The position numbers were made by a program, and so were the translations under genes. A DNA stretch of 64,000 nt from Podarcis liolepis (Eukaryota), in assembly GCA_965112155.1 (NCBI GenBank), contig OZ218110.1, one strand, 5' to 3'. A model generated the notes under the pieces. It saw nothing but the letters and a program-made list of their open reading frames with translations, was not told the origin of the DNA and made no database searches. Position 1 is the stretch's first letter. The number at the start of each line of letters is the position of its first letter. Shown here piece after piece: positions 11,012-23,283 of the stretch.

Positions 11012-12833
11012 GAACAGGAAGGAAAAGGGCTCTGTCCAGGATGTGCTTGGAGCTCATCTCTAGCCCTTTCCTGGAACTTGCATTGCCTGTCAAAACTCCA
11101 GGGTCCAACTCCTATGCTGTAACTGGTGACCTGAGTGGGCGACCAGCCTGGACCAAGGCCCGAGAAGCTGAAGCTCACGCCTAGGAATACTGCAGTAGCT
11201 GTAAATTATATGATGTAGCTCCTGTTTTTGCAGCCTGATCCTGCCTTGTAGAAAATGAGCTGGCTTCCAGCAAGGGCATGTCAGCCTATCACTTCTTATC
11301 CCACCTTCTGTAGATTTTGGCAAACAATCCTACGCAGGAAGCTGCTCGGATTTGTTTTGGCTGCGTTCCCTTTCTCTCCCTCCTCCTCTCCATCGCTGAT
11401 AGTGTTTCTCGCAGAGGCCCAGCTGTCTTTGGTTACCCTGTAGGCGTGTCAAAAACAGTTCGCCTGGGGTTGGACTTTCCTTTGTTACAGAGAGCCAGAG
11501 AGCCCACCTGCTGGCTGTGGATGCCAAGCCCACATCTGGGTTTCCCTGGTGGAGCTGCATGCAGCTGGGATGAGTGGCTGGGCACCCTTGCCAGCTCATT
11601 AGCACCAGAGCTGATTCTTCTGGTTAGAGGGTGCGAGCATTAAGAACATAGAGGGGGAAATGAGGAAGTTATTCTGTAATGCTCTTGTGTGTTTGATGCA
11701 TGCAACCCATCATCTGCTCTAGAAATAAGATGACCCCTCCATAGCCCCACCACTGTGTATCTTTGTGAGGGTATTAGATAATTTCCTTCCAATTGTCTTT
11801 GCACAGACAGTGGACCAGAGATCTTATAGAGATCCCCTGACTTGCCCATTCTTCTTTGGGTAGAAGATAATGCAGAGCTAAAAGAAATGGGCTTAAATAG
11901 GCTGGGAGGCCCGCGTGAAACATTTCTTACTTTTTCTTTTTTGCTGTTTCTTCTCCTCTGTCTCCATTACCTCCCAAAGTTTGGTGTACCATGAAATTAG
12001 GCTTCTGGTGATACCCATACACTTCCCCGAAAACCCTTTTTAATGAAAGTTAGGAAGTTTCTTGCCCTCCAACATCAACTCTGGTGTCTGGGTGCTTTCT
12101 GCTGTAACTTGCAGATTCAGTCTGTGGGCTTTGAGTTTTGAAATGGCAGAGAAACTCCTCAGTTAAATTGCTTTGACCTTTTTTTTCAGACCTCTTTCTC
12201 TCCAAATAACTCAGTAAAACAAACATGCAAGTAGAACTGCTATCACCTGAAAAGCTCTGGTCATGCGTTGCTTTTAATCGTTCATTCTCCCACTCCCCAG
12301 TCTGCCACCCAGTTATGACATATTTTCTTTTTAGATGTGGAACTGAGGAGGGTGCAGAAGAGCAAAAGAAGCAAGTGTCCTCTCTTTCAAGTTCTGGTGG
12401 TGTATATAGAATGGTGTGTATAGAAAGTAATAATGGAATATCCTATTACATCCATCAACAGACAGGCCAAGTTCAGATATACATCTCTCCGGTTGTTGAC
12501 TTTCTAGTCATTTTGACCTTAGGATGTAAACTGCAAGGCCCTCTTCACAAGTGGTGGTAGAAGGGCACGTCCTCTTGCAGGATCTTATAGCACAGAGATC
12601 ATGGGAGCATCCATGTGAGGGTGGTCCGTGGCATCTGTCTGTCCCATTTTATCAGAGTCTGCTCCCTTGAGTACTGATGAAGCAGGAAGGGATTTTGTTT
12701 CATTCATGCACACTCTCCAACAGCCACAGATTGCAGTACAGAGAAGGAGATCCCTTGCTGCAACAGGTGCACAGAGAGAACATCCTCTAAGATACTGTAT
12801 ATGTGAATTTTCAGAAATGTGTATACTTGCAAA

Positions 12834-12839
12834 AATAAA
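12834..12839 (+). terminator. Putative SNX11 polyadenylation signal (3'UTR ~1.8 kb)
   Basis: AATAAA followed by GU/U-rich sequence (gtgctttgcttttt); the intervening sequence is repeat-poor and UTR-like. Confidence 0.5.
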
Positions 12840-13649
12840 AAAGGATAACATTTCCAGGCGATGTCCATTAACAGTGCTTTGCTTTTTACCCAACCTGAGA
12901 ATGTTTGATTTAACATTTTCTCTTACAAGCAGGGCTTTAATCTGAGGCAAAGGTAAAACATTGTGCAAAATGCAGTTCCCTCGTGAATAACCTCTGCTAA
13001 CCTCATCCCACACTCGTAGCACCTATCATATTATGCATGGATTGCCAGTGGATAGTTCAGGTGCTTGGCTAGGGGCATGTTATAATAGGAGGAGTTAGAG
13101 CCAATCCAGGTTAAATATTATTATTATTTAGGAGACATGGGAGATTCCAGTGTCCCTGGTAAGGTTTTGGTTAACCTTTCACTAAAGGCATAAAAAATGG
13201 GCAGCCCTGAATACAAAAACAGGGAAGGTCTGTTATGATATCGGGGCAAACAGGAGAGTGTTTTGGTGATGGGGTGATCTGTCAATTAGTTTTCACTTGG
13301 CATGGATATGTTTCCTCGGTTGAAAGACTGATATGTCTGGAGGTAGGAAAAGGTTTTACTGGCAAGTGGGATAGGTCATGAATCTGGGATTTTTAAAAAT
13401 CTTGTAGCAGCTTTCGGGGATCTGTGGCTGTCCAGATGTTGTTGAATTCCAATTCCCATCAGCCCCAACCAACCATAATTTGCTTAGTAAGCTGTTTTCT
13501 GTCACAGCCTTGGCCTCTGCTTGTGGCACGTGATATTTTGGATTATGTTGGTGTTGGTGTTTGGGCTGTTGCTGGATACATGACTTTGTTTTGTAGGGAT
13601 TTACACCCAAATGGACTTCTAGTCTATTTCAACTTGAGGATTCATAGCT

Positions 13650-13850
13650 GCACAGCATAGTAGTTAAGAGACAGAAGTCCCCCAGTTCAAATTTCAGCTT
13701 GGTCAAGAACTCACAGAGTAGATTTAAGAGATGGTATTATTCACTGGCCTTGCCTCTCTGCCTGTAACATAGGGATAATAATGCTGGTCTTCCTTACTAG
13801 GGATGCTAAGGATTAATGAGATCATGTACATGAAGTGCTTTGAGCATTTA
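13650..13850 (+). mobile_element. MIR/CORE-SINE remnant
   Basis: 'ctgtaacatagggataataatg...agggatgctaaggattaatgagatcatgtacatgaagtgctttg' is typical of the MIR core and 3' end. Confidence 0.65.
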
Positions 13851-13949
13851 GGTACAGTGATATGTATCTATTTAAGTTCCTCTATATTATTTCAGCTTCA
13901 TAGTTGCTGCTGCAGCATGGCTCCTTTTTATGTACTATGTATCTATTTA

Positions 13950-14192
13950 CAGTGGTACCTCAGGTTAAGTACTTAATTCGTTCCGGAGGTCCGTTCTTAA
14001 CCTGAAACTGTTCTTGAAACTGAAGCACCACTTTAGCTAATGGGGCCTCCTGCTGCCACCGCGCCACCAGAGCACAATTTCTGTTCTCATCCTGAAGCAA
14101 AGTTCTTAACCCGAGGTACTATTTCTGGGTTAGCGGAGTCTGTAACCTGAAGCGTACGTAACCTGAAGCGTATGTAATCCAAGGTGCCACTG
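13950..14192. mobile_element. Tc1/mariner (Tigger-like) MITE, 243 bp
   Basis: TA target-site duplication, TIRs CAGTGGTACCT / AGGTGCCACTG; near-identical copy at 29811. Confidence 0.92.
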
Positions 14193-16049
14193 TAAGTCCC
14201 TCTACGTTATTTCAACTGCATAGTTGCTGCTGCAGCATGGCTCCTTTTCATGCCCTTCTGGTGCCAAAAGAACCCAAGGTCATGTGCAAGGGGGTTGCTG
14301 GTGTGCTACTTCTGACACAAGTACTTCTGACACAAGTCTTGCTGTCTTCTGTTAGAGTCTTAAGTTAGTGGAGCACTGTAGGAAGTAGTCATGCAGCTGA
14401 GGCTATATCAGACTAGGCACTCATTATTACTTTAAAAAATTGAGATGCGATACCTCTGGAGGCCCTTCACCACCGCCCCCAAATTTCACATCTCCTCTGC
14501 CTCTCCTTAGTTATGGCTTTACATTGCAGGGGGCTTTTGGGCCTGGTGCGCCGCAAAAGGGATCAAGCCAAATGCGCAGGTGGAGGGTGGGCAAAGAGGA
14601 CTTTGAAACCTACAGAGGAAAATTCTCAAAATGTCAAAAGAAGTTCACTTCAAAAAACAAAAACAGAATAAACCTCTCCTCACTAGCCAGATGCTCACTA
14701 ATGACAGCTACTCTCCTGATTGGCCGGGCTGCCTCATGAATATTGATGAGAGCGCATGATCCAAATGGCGCAGCTGTGCAACCACCTGCCCTTGCCAGCT
14801 CAGCTTTCGAAGCTTCCAGACAGTCATTCGGAGCTGTTCGGAGATTTGATTTCCCACCCTCCTGAAAACTCAACACAAGTCTTCCCTCCCCTTTCCGCAT
14901 GGTGCTCTCTCTCTTCTCGAGTGTATTTGGAGAGAGATGATGAGACAACCAGTAGGGAACCAGTGCAAGTTAGGCAGGGCTTCATTTTATGCCCAGGTTC
15001 AGGCCAAAGACACTTTCAGTATCTATATTGCCCTACAGATTCAGGACAAACAAAAGTTTGTGCAATCAGTAGCGGACATGTTGTAGAATGTGTTGATGGC
15101 TTTTTGGCTTCCAGGCACATAGCAGAATGAGGTGGCAGAGTCTAGAGATGCACTTCAGTTTATAGGTGCTGATGATGCTCATTTCCCATTGTTTCTCCAT
15201 GCAAAAACAACCAACGCAACTCCTTGGAAGAAGAACAGAAACACTGCCAGGAGAGGCCTGCACTTAAGTTATTGACATGCTAGCTTTCTCCATGCAGGAA
15301 GTCTTAATTTCTAAGTGGGGGAGTATTTTTCCCCCAGCCCCCTCCACCTGCAGTCTGAAGTAGTACAGTTCAGAACTCTTACCACCTCATTCTGTGCAGT
15401 TGAATGGCTCCTATCCTGAGTTGGGGCGGGTGTTACCTACTTGGCATAGGAAACAAGGTGCTCACAGCATGAAGAGGGAACCCACATGTGTTCAAAATGG
15501 GAGTATACTAATTTATGTGTGTATAGCTATGAGCTGTGATTGCTGAATGGCACCTCTCATGTTCAGGGTCAGCATATCTGACTACCAGCTGCTGAGGGCA
15601 AGTGAGGAATGGTGATCTCTTCTGCATCCTGCTTGAGAGTTTCCAAAGTCAGCTGGCTAGCCACTGTTTAGAGACAGACAGCTAGGCTAGGTAGATCTTG
15701 ATTTGATCTACCAATGTAACATTTATCTTAGCATTCACTAGATTCTCATTCTCTGATACTTTCACTCTACAACTGTGAGCTGGCTAGAGAGTCCTGGGTA
15801 TGTAGAACACCTTTTCCTTCCCCATGGTGAAATGGCAGCCAGTCCCTAACAAACCTTAGACAAGGTAAAAGTGAGCCCTGGTGCCTGTTGCTTCACAAAC
15901 CAAGAATTTAAATGAGACCTTGAGGGGAGATTCAGCAGCGCTGAGCCTCTGGCATGTTTGCAACAGGAGGACCAAAGCTAGGAATGTAATGCTAAAACAT
16001 TGAACAAGAAACCCTCTGAGCATACTGAGTGCCTTTTAAGTCTGCGTAG

Positions 16050-16150
16050 TAGGTGTGGGGAACCTGTGGTACTCCAACTGTTTGACTACAACTCCCATCA
16101 TCCCTGATCACTGGCCATGCTGGCTGGGGCTGATGAGAGTTGGGATGAAT
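16050..16150. mobile_element. Short palindromic hAT-type MITE remnant
   Basis: 'gactacaactcccatcatccctga...ggctggggctgatgagagttg'; related copies at ~13405, ~17507, ~22170 and 29165. Confidence 0.6.
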
Positions 16151-17506
16151 TCCATTTAATGTGTCTAGTCTCAATACAGCCAGGATTAAAAGGCAGGGAT
16201 TGTAGTAATAAGTGCAGCCGCCCTTTGCCTTTAGAAATGGTGTAGTACAAATGTGCAGGGTTGAATGTGTTAAAGGAAATGGTTCTCTGCAGGAGTGCCA
16301 GAGCAATATCAACATCTGCAGGCTTTATTTTTAGGTTAAAGCTGGTTTAGCCTCCCTGCTGTGCAGAGATCCATTTAGTTCCTGTAAGGGACTAACTTGG
16401 CCTGGAGGTTCCTTGATTCTTAACAAGATCTTAGCTCAAGTGCTGGCTTTTCCTTCTCCTTCTCAAGGCTCCCTGGATCACTTCAGCACAGATTGTGCCT
16501 ATCGCACTTTCGACGTGGGCTTACTCCAAATCCAACCATGCTGGTTGGCAATTTAGGGAGGCAAAAAAATATATCCTGCACATACTCAAAACTATTCTCT
16601 CTCAATTCAGTGGGGTTTGCACTGGAGAAGTTGCTGGCCAGACTGCTCTACCTTCCACCTTTAACGGGAGCCCCAAAATTTGCCCCCAGAGGAGAGTGCC
16701 TCCCTCTGTTTTGTTGCAGGGTTGTCTCTTGCTTTCTGGCTCCTCCAAACTCTTGCTCTTTCCTCTGCTGAGAGACTGGGGAGTGGGGATTAACACCCTT
16801 GGAGCTGCAAGCTGTTAGCCGGGTCAAGGCTTGGAGTTGCAAACATCTCTCTTGGCTTGTTTCTTTTCTTTCTTTCCCTGCTGCCGGCAGGATTTCTGGC
16901 GGAGCATCATTAAGGCTCCCCAAGTCTCCCTGCCTTCTGCTCCATTCCGAGTTTCTCTTGGCAGGCGCCTGGCCTTTTTTTTTTTTTTAAATGGAGGAAG
17001 TAATTTTTGCTGTGCCTGCCAGCAGCCTGGAATTTCAGGGTGGTGATTAGGGGGAAAGGGAAAAAAAGGGGGGGAGAGAGGTTGAGTGCTGTGCCTACTG
17101 CAGGCTCATTAAGCTCAGGGTTGCGGGGCGGCAGCTGCGGATCGAGATGTGGGCAGCCATCTGAGACGCGGGAGAGATGCTTCTTCCTATCAAGGCCTGG
17201 ACACGAATCCTGCACCCCTATTCTCCACGCGCCACCTCTTGCCAAAAGTAAAAACGGCAAGAAAAAACAACAAGCTCTATTTGAACTGTTCTGACTGCAG
17301 ATCGTCCTTTCAGCACTGGATTTGCAGCCGCACAAGCATGTGAATTAGAATATGCAGGGGACCCCTGCTACTATTACCCCTCCCCATCAAGTCACTGCAA
17401 TTTGGGTCCAATATTCTAAAATAAAGGGGAAGTTCAAGATGACCTTGAAGCAGAGCTTTATTTGAGACAGTTTTGAATAGGAATCTTGACCCTGCAACAT
17501 ATGAGT

Positions 17507-17640
17507 CAGGGATAGCCAACACGCAGCCCTCCAGATGTTGAACTATAACTCCCATCGTTCCTGACCATTAGCCATGCTGGCTGGGGCAGATGGAAGTTGG
17601 AGTTTAGCATCAGTTGGATAGCACTACATTGGCCATCCAT
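17507..17640. mobile_element. Palindromic hAT-type MITE
   Basis: 'cagggatagccaac...ccctccagatgttgaactataactcccatc...ctggggcagatggaagttgg...ttggccatcc'. Confidence 0.6.
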
Positions 17641-18171
17641 GATACAAATTAATAATGAAGATGAATGCCACTCTGCATATGCTTCAAGCGCCTTTTCTTC
17701 ACAACCAAGAACCTACAGTCTGCTCCTTCTAATCTTGGTATTAGAAGGGAAGGCTTCCAGGCCAATGAACATAGAAACATGGAACTGTAGAGTTGGAAGG
17801 GACCCCAAGGGTTATCTACTCCAACATTAATTTGAGCCTTAGCCCACCCTTTTTAAAACAACAAAACAAAAAAGAAGAAGAAGTGCTACCTTGGTTTTAC
17901 TGCTTGGGATACTAGCTATAGATAGATGGGGACCTCCTTGGGCCCAGGGCTTGGTTCCTAAAAGGGAGATGAAGGATTCAGACCTTACTGGAATTTATCT
18001 CCTGTGATCTGCTTACAAATGTGCAGGAGGGAGCTGGCTGACTTTACTCATTCGAGCCACAGTGCCTTGCTAATTGCTACAATGCTGTGGGAACACCAAG
18101 AGACGCCTAGTTCCAAAATGAGAAATTCACATTTATGATTTCAAAGTTAATTAACTAGCTATGGGCAACCC

Positions 18172-18712
18172 TCTGCATTAGCTGCACTGGCTCCCGGTGG
18201 TGTACAGGGTCAGATTTAAGGTGCTGCTTTTGACCTTTAAAGCCCTTCATGGCCTAGGACCCTCGTACCTACGGGACCGCCTCGCCTGGTATGCCCCACA
18301 GAGAGCCTCAAGGTCCATAAATAACAACACCCTAGTGGTCCCAAGCCCTAAGGAAGTTAGATTGGCTTCAACCAGAGCCAGGGCCTTTTCAGCACTGGCC
18401 CCAACTTGGTGGAACGCTCTGTCTCATGAGACCAGGGCCCTGCAGGATCTGATTTCTTTCCGCAGGGCCTGTAAGACAGAGTTGTTCCGCCTGGCCTTTG
18501 GATTGGAGCCAATTTGATTCCCTCCCCCCCTTTTTCTTTTTTCTTTTCCTTCTCCTGCAATGAGGCTTCATTTTAATATTTTAATGTTCCATTATTTTAA
18601 TGTTGTATTTTATTTTTGTTTTTAAGTTGTAATCACTCATCTTGTTTTTATTATTGCTTGTAAGCCGCTCTGAGCCCGGCCTTGGCTGGGGAGGGCGGGG
18701 TATAAATAAAAA

Positions 18713-18745
<33 letters not shown>
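18172..18745 (+). mobile_element. L2 LINE 3' fragment with (TTA)n tail
   Basis: Peptide LHWLPVVYRVRFKVLLLTFKALHGLGPSYL...RAFSALAPTWWNAL...FRRACKTELFRLAF is the canonical L2 ORF2 C-terminus; 3' UTR ends 'gtaagccgctctgag...gggcggggtataaataaa' plus microsatellite tail. Confidence 0.93.
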
Positions 18746-20004
18746 GGACTAACAGCACTGACCAGTCTTACTAGGGTGTTGCAAGGATTACTGAGCTCAT
18801 ACACATGAGGTCCTTGAAACACTCTATAGACGTGAAGTTGTGTTACTGAGATGAGAAGAGACCCACATTGGAGTCAGCTTGCCAGTTTGGTACAGCTAAT
18901 CATTTTATATGGTGCCATAGGAGCCAACTCCTAGGGGCTGTAGGGGCTTCAGACCCCACAATAAAACATTTGAGGGGTCTGGGGCCTCTCAAGTTGGCAC
19001 TCCTGCATGTTGCCATTCCACATGCAAAGTACTTTGTCAACTATACGGTATTGCTGTTCTTTTAGGATTTTTTTGAGTAAGGTCAACATGAGTCTTATAT
19101 TACAGAGCAGAAATCTGGGCTTTGCTGAAGCTCACACCATAGCTTTGGTGCAGAGGATACAATATATGCATGAAGAACAGCAGACCCCACATTGCAAAGG
19201 GATAAGGCATGCAGAACTCCCTGGCTCAGCTCTTTGAGATGTCCATGTAATGGGGGCTGGCAGGGCAAAAGACAAGGGAGATCAGAGGCAGGCGGAGCCA
19301 AAGTGAGTGACAAGTGTATCTATTCTGTTTGTTAGTAAGAAGGCAGGCAGGTGGGGGCTGGCTAATGATAGACTGGAGGTTAGTGGAGCAGTGCTCTGTT
19401 TGCCCTTATGGTCCAGCCTCCACTGTGCCCATATATGCTAAGCTTGTGTCCAAAGTGTGAAGTAGCCTAGGCACACAGCCTTCTCTAGAGTCAGATGACT
19501 GGGTGCAGGACATGATCTGTTCCCATGAGATGATAGGAAAGTTTTAATAAAAGATTCTTACAATTCCTATGGATGGTGGGAGGCAGTACTGCTCAAGTCA
19601 GTGGATCTATAGAGCAGGGGTGGCTAATCCCCAGTTTGGGGTGTGTGATCTGGCCTCGTAAAAAAAATAAAATCATTTCACTCTCTAAGAACCAACCAAG
19701 TTTAGGAGCAGTGGCAAAAAGGGAAACAAAAATAAGCAGAAACAATGTTGTGCAGGGCACAGTGCCTACGTAATCATATCAGCCATTTCATGAGGGAGAG
19801 GGGGTGATTACCCTTCTCAGCTGATCTGCGCTGGCCAAGTGTAAATGTGACCCATGCCAAAAAGTTTAGTTACACTCACTATAAAGATTTCCTATGTAGT
19901 AGATTTTTAATTTTATTTTTATTTTTAACAAGGTGGAAAACTAACAGCTTCTGTCCAAAAAGCTCCGGGATTATTATCTGTCCTCCCCTATTCACATTAT
20001 CACT

Positions 20005-20200
20005 AGGAGCTACTGTAGCAAAGTGCCTTAGAGACTTGAGTCGCAAAGTAGGAAGACCTTAGTTTAAATTTCACTGCAGCGATAAACTCTGTGGAAACAC
20101 AATCTCAGCTCCCCACACCTGAACTATGGGGATTAATAGTACTAACCTACCTAACAAGGCTGATTCATGTGGACACAAAAGTGCTGTGTGCATGCTAAAT
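20005..20200 (+). mobile_element. MIR-like SINE remnant
   Basis: 'ctgaactatggggattaatagtactaacctacctaacaaggctg...aaagtgct' resembles a degenerate MIR. Confidence 0.45.
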
Positions 20201-21321
20201 ATTGTTGAGAGCTAGTAAGCCTTGATGGGCAGAGGGAGGAGACGGATGCCAGTCATTTTGCCAATTCCCTGCCTTAGCCACTGCTGATGCTGCAGCCCTC
20301 AATGGGAACCACAGAGAATAAAGACAGCCCTGTGTTCTGAGTCTTGGTCATGCTAGAATATGACAGCATGTTGGGAGTGTGAGATGGAATACTGGGAGCT
20401 GATTTACAAGAAGATCAGACTGGACACAATCCACACTGAACTGACCCAGATGTGCTCCCATTTATTTCAATAGAGCTTTTGCGGGAGAACTTCTCGGCGA
20501 ATCGTGCCCTTTATTTTTCCTCTGCTGGGCAACACAGTTGTGGAGAAGAGCAAACAATTTGCGGTAGGCAGCGATCCCTGCCTCCTGTGAGTTGAGAGGT
20601 TCAAATATGTCTTCCCAATTAAAGCACAGCTGTTCAGAAAGAAATGGAGAGGGAGAGGGCTGGTGGTGGTGGAGCTGCTGTCTCTTTAAAGAGCCCTTCT
20701 AGTGACTGATGAGGGTTGGAGAGACAGAGCCAGGCAGGCCCTGATGAAACACTCATCGCACAGCTAGAAAATGACTGTAATTATGAACCAGTCCCTGCAG
20801 AAGGATGAACTCCAAGTTTGCTAATAACCCCGCCAGGTGCCTCTCTCATCTCTCTCCATGCCCAAGTGGTCTCTGTGGCAGCAAAGTTGGACTTACAGAA
20901 ACTGTAGGCAAATATTTCCTAATGAGAGGTAAATTCCTTCCTTCCTGCAACTGGACCATCCTTGTCAGCAGGATTGTGTCTGTTTATGTCCTGCACCAAA
21001 GTAAGAACTGAATTGTTATCTTAAAATGTCAGACCACAAGGACCATCAAGCCTAGCACTGCCTTCAAATAACAGGCAGCCAGATGCCTTGGGGAAGCTCA
21101 CACACTGAGTATGCTGAAGAAGACAGGCTCCCCCCTGACTTGCTTTTTGCCACAGGATCTGATAATTAAAAGTACAAGTGGGACATGCCAAAGCTCAGGA
21201 TTCCAACCAGCCATGCCCTTGTCAAGGATACTTCATTCCATTCCTCCTCCAACAGTGGTCAGTCAACATCCTAAAGATGGTGTGTGCTTCTGCCAGCCTT
21301 TGGATTTCTCCGAGTGTGTAG

Positions 21322-21490
21322 ATAAGAACATAGGAAGAGCTTGCTGGATCAGGCCAATGGCCCATCTGGTCTAGCCAACCAGATGCCTTTGGGAAACCCC
21401 ACAAGCTGGATTTGAGCACAAGAGCACTCGTCCCTCCTGTGGTTTCCAGAAACTGGGATTCCAAAGCATTGCTGCCTCCAAATTCTGCTG
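21322..21490 (-). mobile_element. CR1-type 3'-end repeat fragment
   Basis: 'taagaacataggaagagcttgctggatcaggccaatggcccatct...gagcacaagagcact...ggtttccagaaactgg'; related copies near 4620, 15540, 29650, 36600, 46830 and 47610. Confidence 0.6.
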
Positions 21491-22762
21491 TTCTGACTAC
21501 ATCAGTGTTTGCTGTCAAGTGTATGTAGTAGGGGTGGGGGACCTCTCTATCTGGTTCTCAGGAACACCCTCCAAGCCATAACCCCTGTCCCCAAGCTACA
21601 CCCTGCTTCTGTCCTACTTCATACCCTCCTTGAGTGTCATTGCCTGGCTGGTATGTGCTCTATGTTGAAGCTGTAACAGTTACTCAAGTCTGAAATAACT
21701 TTTTTTGTAAATGTGGAGTTGTGGACACAGCTTATTACCACAGTAAAGCTAAGGATAACAGCAAATCAGAACACGTCCTGGCACAGTGCAATGTTTACTG
21801 GAGTATTAAACATAAACACTAAACATCTGCTTGGACTCTAAAAATGAATTCAGTACATAACAAAATAGATGAAATGGGAAACAATTGACCTTTTATATTG
21901 AATCACTCATAACCCTTTATTGAAATACTGAAAAAAAGGAAATTTGTTAATGAATTTTTGTTCATTGTTACTTATTCTCTCTCTCTAATTGCTGTCTGAA
22001 ATAGTTGCATTCACAATGTAGCTAGCCTGAGTTCAGAAGATGTAATGTTCAAATAGGTTGAACATTCTGCACATTCTGGTTTCTGAATGTTCCCATTCTT
22101 AATGCCCAATCTGTATCCATGTTATGGAAACCCTCTAAAAGCTTGACTATATTTCAATTTAAATCAATTGTTACAATTTCCCTCTCTCAAGGAACTCTGG
22201 GAAATGTAGTTCTGGGAGATCGTAAGGCTCTAAAACAGAATTATCAGTATCTTTCCAAAGTAAATTTCCCAGGCTATGTTGGCTAAGATCTTATAAGCCA
22301 TTTAGTCCCCCTGCTTGATGCAAATAATCTAAAGCATTGCCAAGAGAGTGCTTGTGTTTATGTGAAATAAACGTACATTAAATTTCATATGTTGCAGTAT
22401 ACATGCCATCTTTGATGTGGATGTTATTGCACATCATATGAAGAGACTTTAAAGTCTGGGTAAGAAGAGGAATCTGTTTTCATGAACAGGATAGTGGGTT
22501 ATTTTATGCATGTTTCAGCACCGTGGAGAGTTCCTGTTTCCTCCAGTTTCTCTACCAAACACTTGTCAAGAAGACCATGCCATAATAACAACATGTAGCC
22601 CAGCCAAGGGCCCATGTAATCTAGCATTCTGTCTGCAAAGTGGACAAGTAGATGTCTCAGGGAAATTAAATGGGACATGATGGCAAAATGCACCACTTGT
22701 TTGTCCAAAGCAAGTTGTAATCAATGGTATACTATCAGGAGAAAGGTGGGATATAAATGCAA

Positions 22763-22797
22763 TAAACAAACAAACAAACAAACAAACAAACAAACAA
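22763..22797. repeat. (AAAC)n microsatellite, likely the tail of an old LINE/SINE
   Basis: Preceded by 'gaaaggtgggatataaatgcaataaa', an L2-like tail. Confidence 0.85.
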
Positions 22798-23060
22798 ATC
22801 TGTGAACATGGAACTTCAATCTACATCACTCACCGTTCCATCATCCTGTGGACAGCATCTCATTTCTGCCTCCAAATGTGCAAAGAGTATTGGGTAGGAA
22901 ACCATAACCACTGGGGTCCTAGTTAGTAGGATAGAAGTTCTTTCCCCCATTTTGCTAATTTCAGCCCCACACATCCTACAGCTAGAATCCTGAGACTTAA
23001 ACATAAACACTAGAAAGGATGATGGCATGAAGAAGTTACTTTATATAAGATTTCTAGTAG

Positions 23061-23283
23061 ATTCATTCATTCATTCATTCATTTAATATCCCATCTTTCC
23101 TCCAAGGAGCTCAAGGTGGTGTACAGCTTTCCTGCACCTCATTTTATCCTCACAACAACCCTGTGAGGTAGGCTAGACTAGCACTGGCCCAAGGATACCT
23201 GGTGAGCTCCATGGCTGAGTGGGGATTTGAACCCAGACCTCCCAGGTCCTAGAGCAACACACTAACCACTACACCACACTGAC
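23061..23283 (-). mobile_element. tRNA-derived SINE with L2-like tail and (GAAT)n (Squam3/MIR-like)
   Basis: Reverse complement begins 'gtcagtgtggtgtagtggttag', has B box 'gggttcaaatccc' and 'cctacctcacagggttgttgtgagg'. Confidence 0.8.
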
